NCBI RefSeq assembly: GCF_964213995.1
Contig: NC_135806.1
Location: forward strand, 74,276,001 to 74,340,000
DNA from: Mustelus asterias
Taxonomy: Eukaryota
Direction of reading: 5' to 3'
DNA length: 64,000 nt
Of the stretch, positions 61,703-64,000 are shown piece after piece (position 1 is the stretch's first letter; each line of letters starts with the position of its first letter). Both the position numbers and the translations under genes were made by a program. The notes below the pieces were generated by a model. It was not told where the DNA came from. It saw only the letters and a program-made list of their open reading frames with translations, and made no database searches.

Positions 61703-62259
61703 GATAATCAACTTGGAAATGAATGTGAAACAATTCATGTGTGTTCATACTCCTTTAGTTTTGGGACCAGGTCAAATCGCATGCTGTTATCTCCTTATTT
61801 AAGATCTTACAATGAAGGATGCGCTTAACTTGTATTGGGATAGCAATGAGGAAATACGTGCTGCCACAGGGAGAAGGAAATCTTCTTGAATCTTTAAAGT
61901 CCATTTTGGGTGAGAGGATTTTAGATAATTGTTGAATTCATAGAAGTTAGAGCATAGAGGGATATGCCCCAACATGTCTGTGCCAGTTGAAAGACATACA
62001 ATAAATAGATATTACAAAATGAAACCAGGGGAATTCTAACAAACACTTAAGAAAAGAAGAAAACAATATGTGGAAAGCTGAGTATGAAAGAAGACCTGGC
62101 CTTCAACTCTTCAAGTGGAGTTGTCTTTTCTCATCCCATGTTACTAGCATCATAGAATGGAACAGAAAGGAGCAATTCAGTCCATCAAATCTGAACTGAC
62201 TCTTTACCAGTGTAATCCAAAACTAATCTCACTGTCCTCGCTCTATAGCTCTGTGCCTC

Positions 62260-62740
62260 ATTTAGTTGGGCTCAGTTCACTGCATTGTCTACTTTGAATC
62301 GAAAGTTCATGGGTTCAAGCTGTGCTCCAGGATTTGTGTGCATCAAATAGTGCTGTGTGCAAGTGTCAAATAGAAGTTATTGTATATTAAGAGGATATGC
62401 CATTTTTTTGGAAGCAATATCAAACCAGGGAATCATTTGTTTGTTTTATTGATCTATGAGACTTTAGGGTGTTATTTAAAGAACTGAGAATTGTTTTGGT
62501 GTCCTAACCAATTTGGCATTTAATTTCTTTTTGGCGCCATTTGTTTACTGTTCATTTAGCCCATTGCTGTTGGTGGAACCTTGCTGTGCACAAATGGGCT
62601 GCTGCATTTTCCAAATTAAAAATAGGCTGCATTTATATGGCACTTTTCATGACAACTGGACGTCTCAGAGTACTTTATAGCCAATCAGGTACTTTTGAAG
62701 TCTAGCCACTGTTGTAATATAGGAAATGCTACAGCCAGTT
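62260..62740. mobile_element. Deu-SINE (+) followed by an inverted 3' fragment (-)
   Basis: gggttcaagc B-box-like head, ccttgctgtgcacaaatgggctgctgc, then a reverse-complement tail. Confidence 0.55.
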
Positions 62741-63206
62741 ACCCTAGCATAGGAAAGTTGAAAGTACTTCCCCCATGTCTAAATTTCAAATTGGGGAAAA
62801 ATTGACGTAACCAAAATCTGTGGAAAAAGAAAGTGAATTTTGCAGTTTGTGCAGTCATGATGTATTAAATATAATTTAGCTTCAGTTATAAAAACCCTTT
62901 CATTTGGACCTGTTTTTCACATTCCGCCTTCCACATATTGCTTTTTCCTTTTCTTAAGAGCTTGTTATAATCCTCCTGGTTTCATACTATAATATCTATT
63001 TATTCTATGTCTTTCATAAACCTTGGTTTATTCTAACCTTTTGTCTTAATTATTGAACCCTAGTGCTTTACATGCTCCTAGTAGGACCGTATTTGGCCTG
63101 TGCTTAATGCATCTTATCTCCCACTGCTAATCTGTGATTTGATCTTCTATGTTTTTAGTTTGTTTTTCCTTAAAGTAGTCACAGTTTAAATACTCTGTTT
63201 GGAATT

Positions 63207-63607
63207 CATAGAAATCATAGAAACCCTACAGTGCAGAAGGAGGCCATTCGGCCCATCGAGTCTGCACTGACCACAATCCTACCCAGGCCCCCAGATTTGG
63301 GATTAAATCTATGGTTTGCCATAGAATCCCTACTGTGCAGAAGGAGGCCATTTGGCCCACTGAGCCTGCACTGATGATAATTCCACCCAGGCCCTATCCC
63401 CATAACCTGTATTTACCCTACTAATCCCCCTGATGTTAAGGAGCAATTTTAGCAAGGCCAACCAACCTAACCCACACATTTTTGGATTGTGGAAGGAAAC
63501 TCACGCAGACACGGGGAGAATGTACAAATTTCACACGCACAGTCACCCAAGGCCGGAATGGAACCCGGGTCCCTGGCACTGTGAGGCAGCAGTGCTAGCC
63601 ACTGTGT
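63207..63607 (-). mobile_element. HE1 SINE (63320-63607) plus an extra tail fragment (63207-63290)
   Basis: Reverse copies. Confidence 0.88.
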
Positions 63608-64000
63608 GCTATCTCATTCCTGTGATGGGGAAATGATATTTTACCATTTTAAGATAGCCACAAGACCATACATGATTTATTTCTCAAAGGGCAACAGATT
63701 CTGAGATGCCATGAAGTAGTTTGTGTTTATTGAAGGAGAGAAATCAAATCATTCCAATCATCATTGCATTTCAAGAATTAACTCCTTTAAATTGCTGTTG
63801 CAGCATATTCCTTTGTGACACGAGAAGATACTTGCTGAATTGTGTGAACAATTTCTTTCCAGTGAAGATCCATTTACTGGTGACTTCTGGAGTTCCTGTC
63901 GAGACTGGAGACTTTGAAACATGTTTTTGGTTCACTGGCCCTTATATTCCTTTTTATCCTTGCACTGAATATATTCTTCTCCAGCATAAGTGGTTCTTGT

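Overview
Vertebrate genomic DNA, almost certainly from a shark or other elasmobranch (dense HE1-type tRNA SINEs with their HER1/CR1 LINE partners, plus Deu-domain SINEs). One complete protein-coding gene is present: an A20/AN1 zinc-finger gene of the ZFAND5 type on the + strand. It has a CpG promoter at ~7.1-7.6 kb, five coding exons at 13477-28799 (621 nt, 206 aa) and a poly(A) signal at 30495. A second CpG promoter with a non-coding first exon of an unidentified + strand gene lies at ~52.0-52.3 kb. The rest is mostly transposon-derived: CR1/HER1 (one nearly intact ORF2), Rex1/Babar, RTE, Tx1, Penelope RT and a decayed spliced Harbinger Myb/SANT gene. The most unusual structures are: (i) tiny Penelope-derived fold-back insertions with 12-14 bp target-site duplications and a ~38-40 nt unpaired tail, one carrying minimal hammerhead-ribozyme cores on both strands (40955-41180) and a sibling that is a perfect 100-bp palindrome without the ribozyme (35137-35275); (ii) an unexplained 1.4-kb inverted-repeat structure with ~420-bp arms (37395-38810); (iii) a minisatellite that multiplies the 5' splice-site motif near the presumed first exon of the ZFAND5-like gene. 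Repeat boundaries were read by eye and are approximate, and family names come from motif recognition, not database searches.
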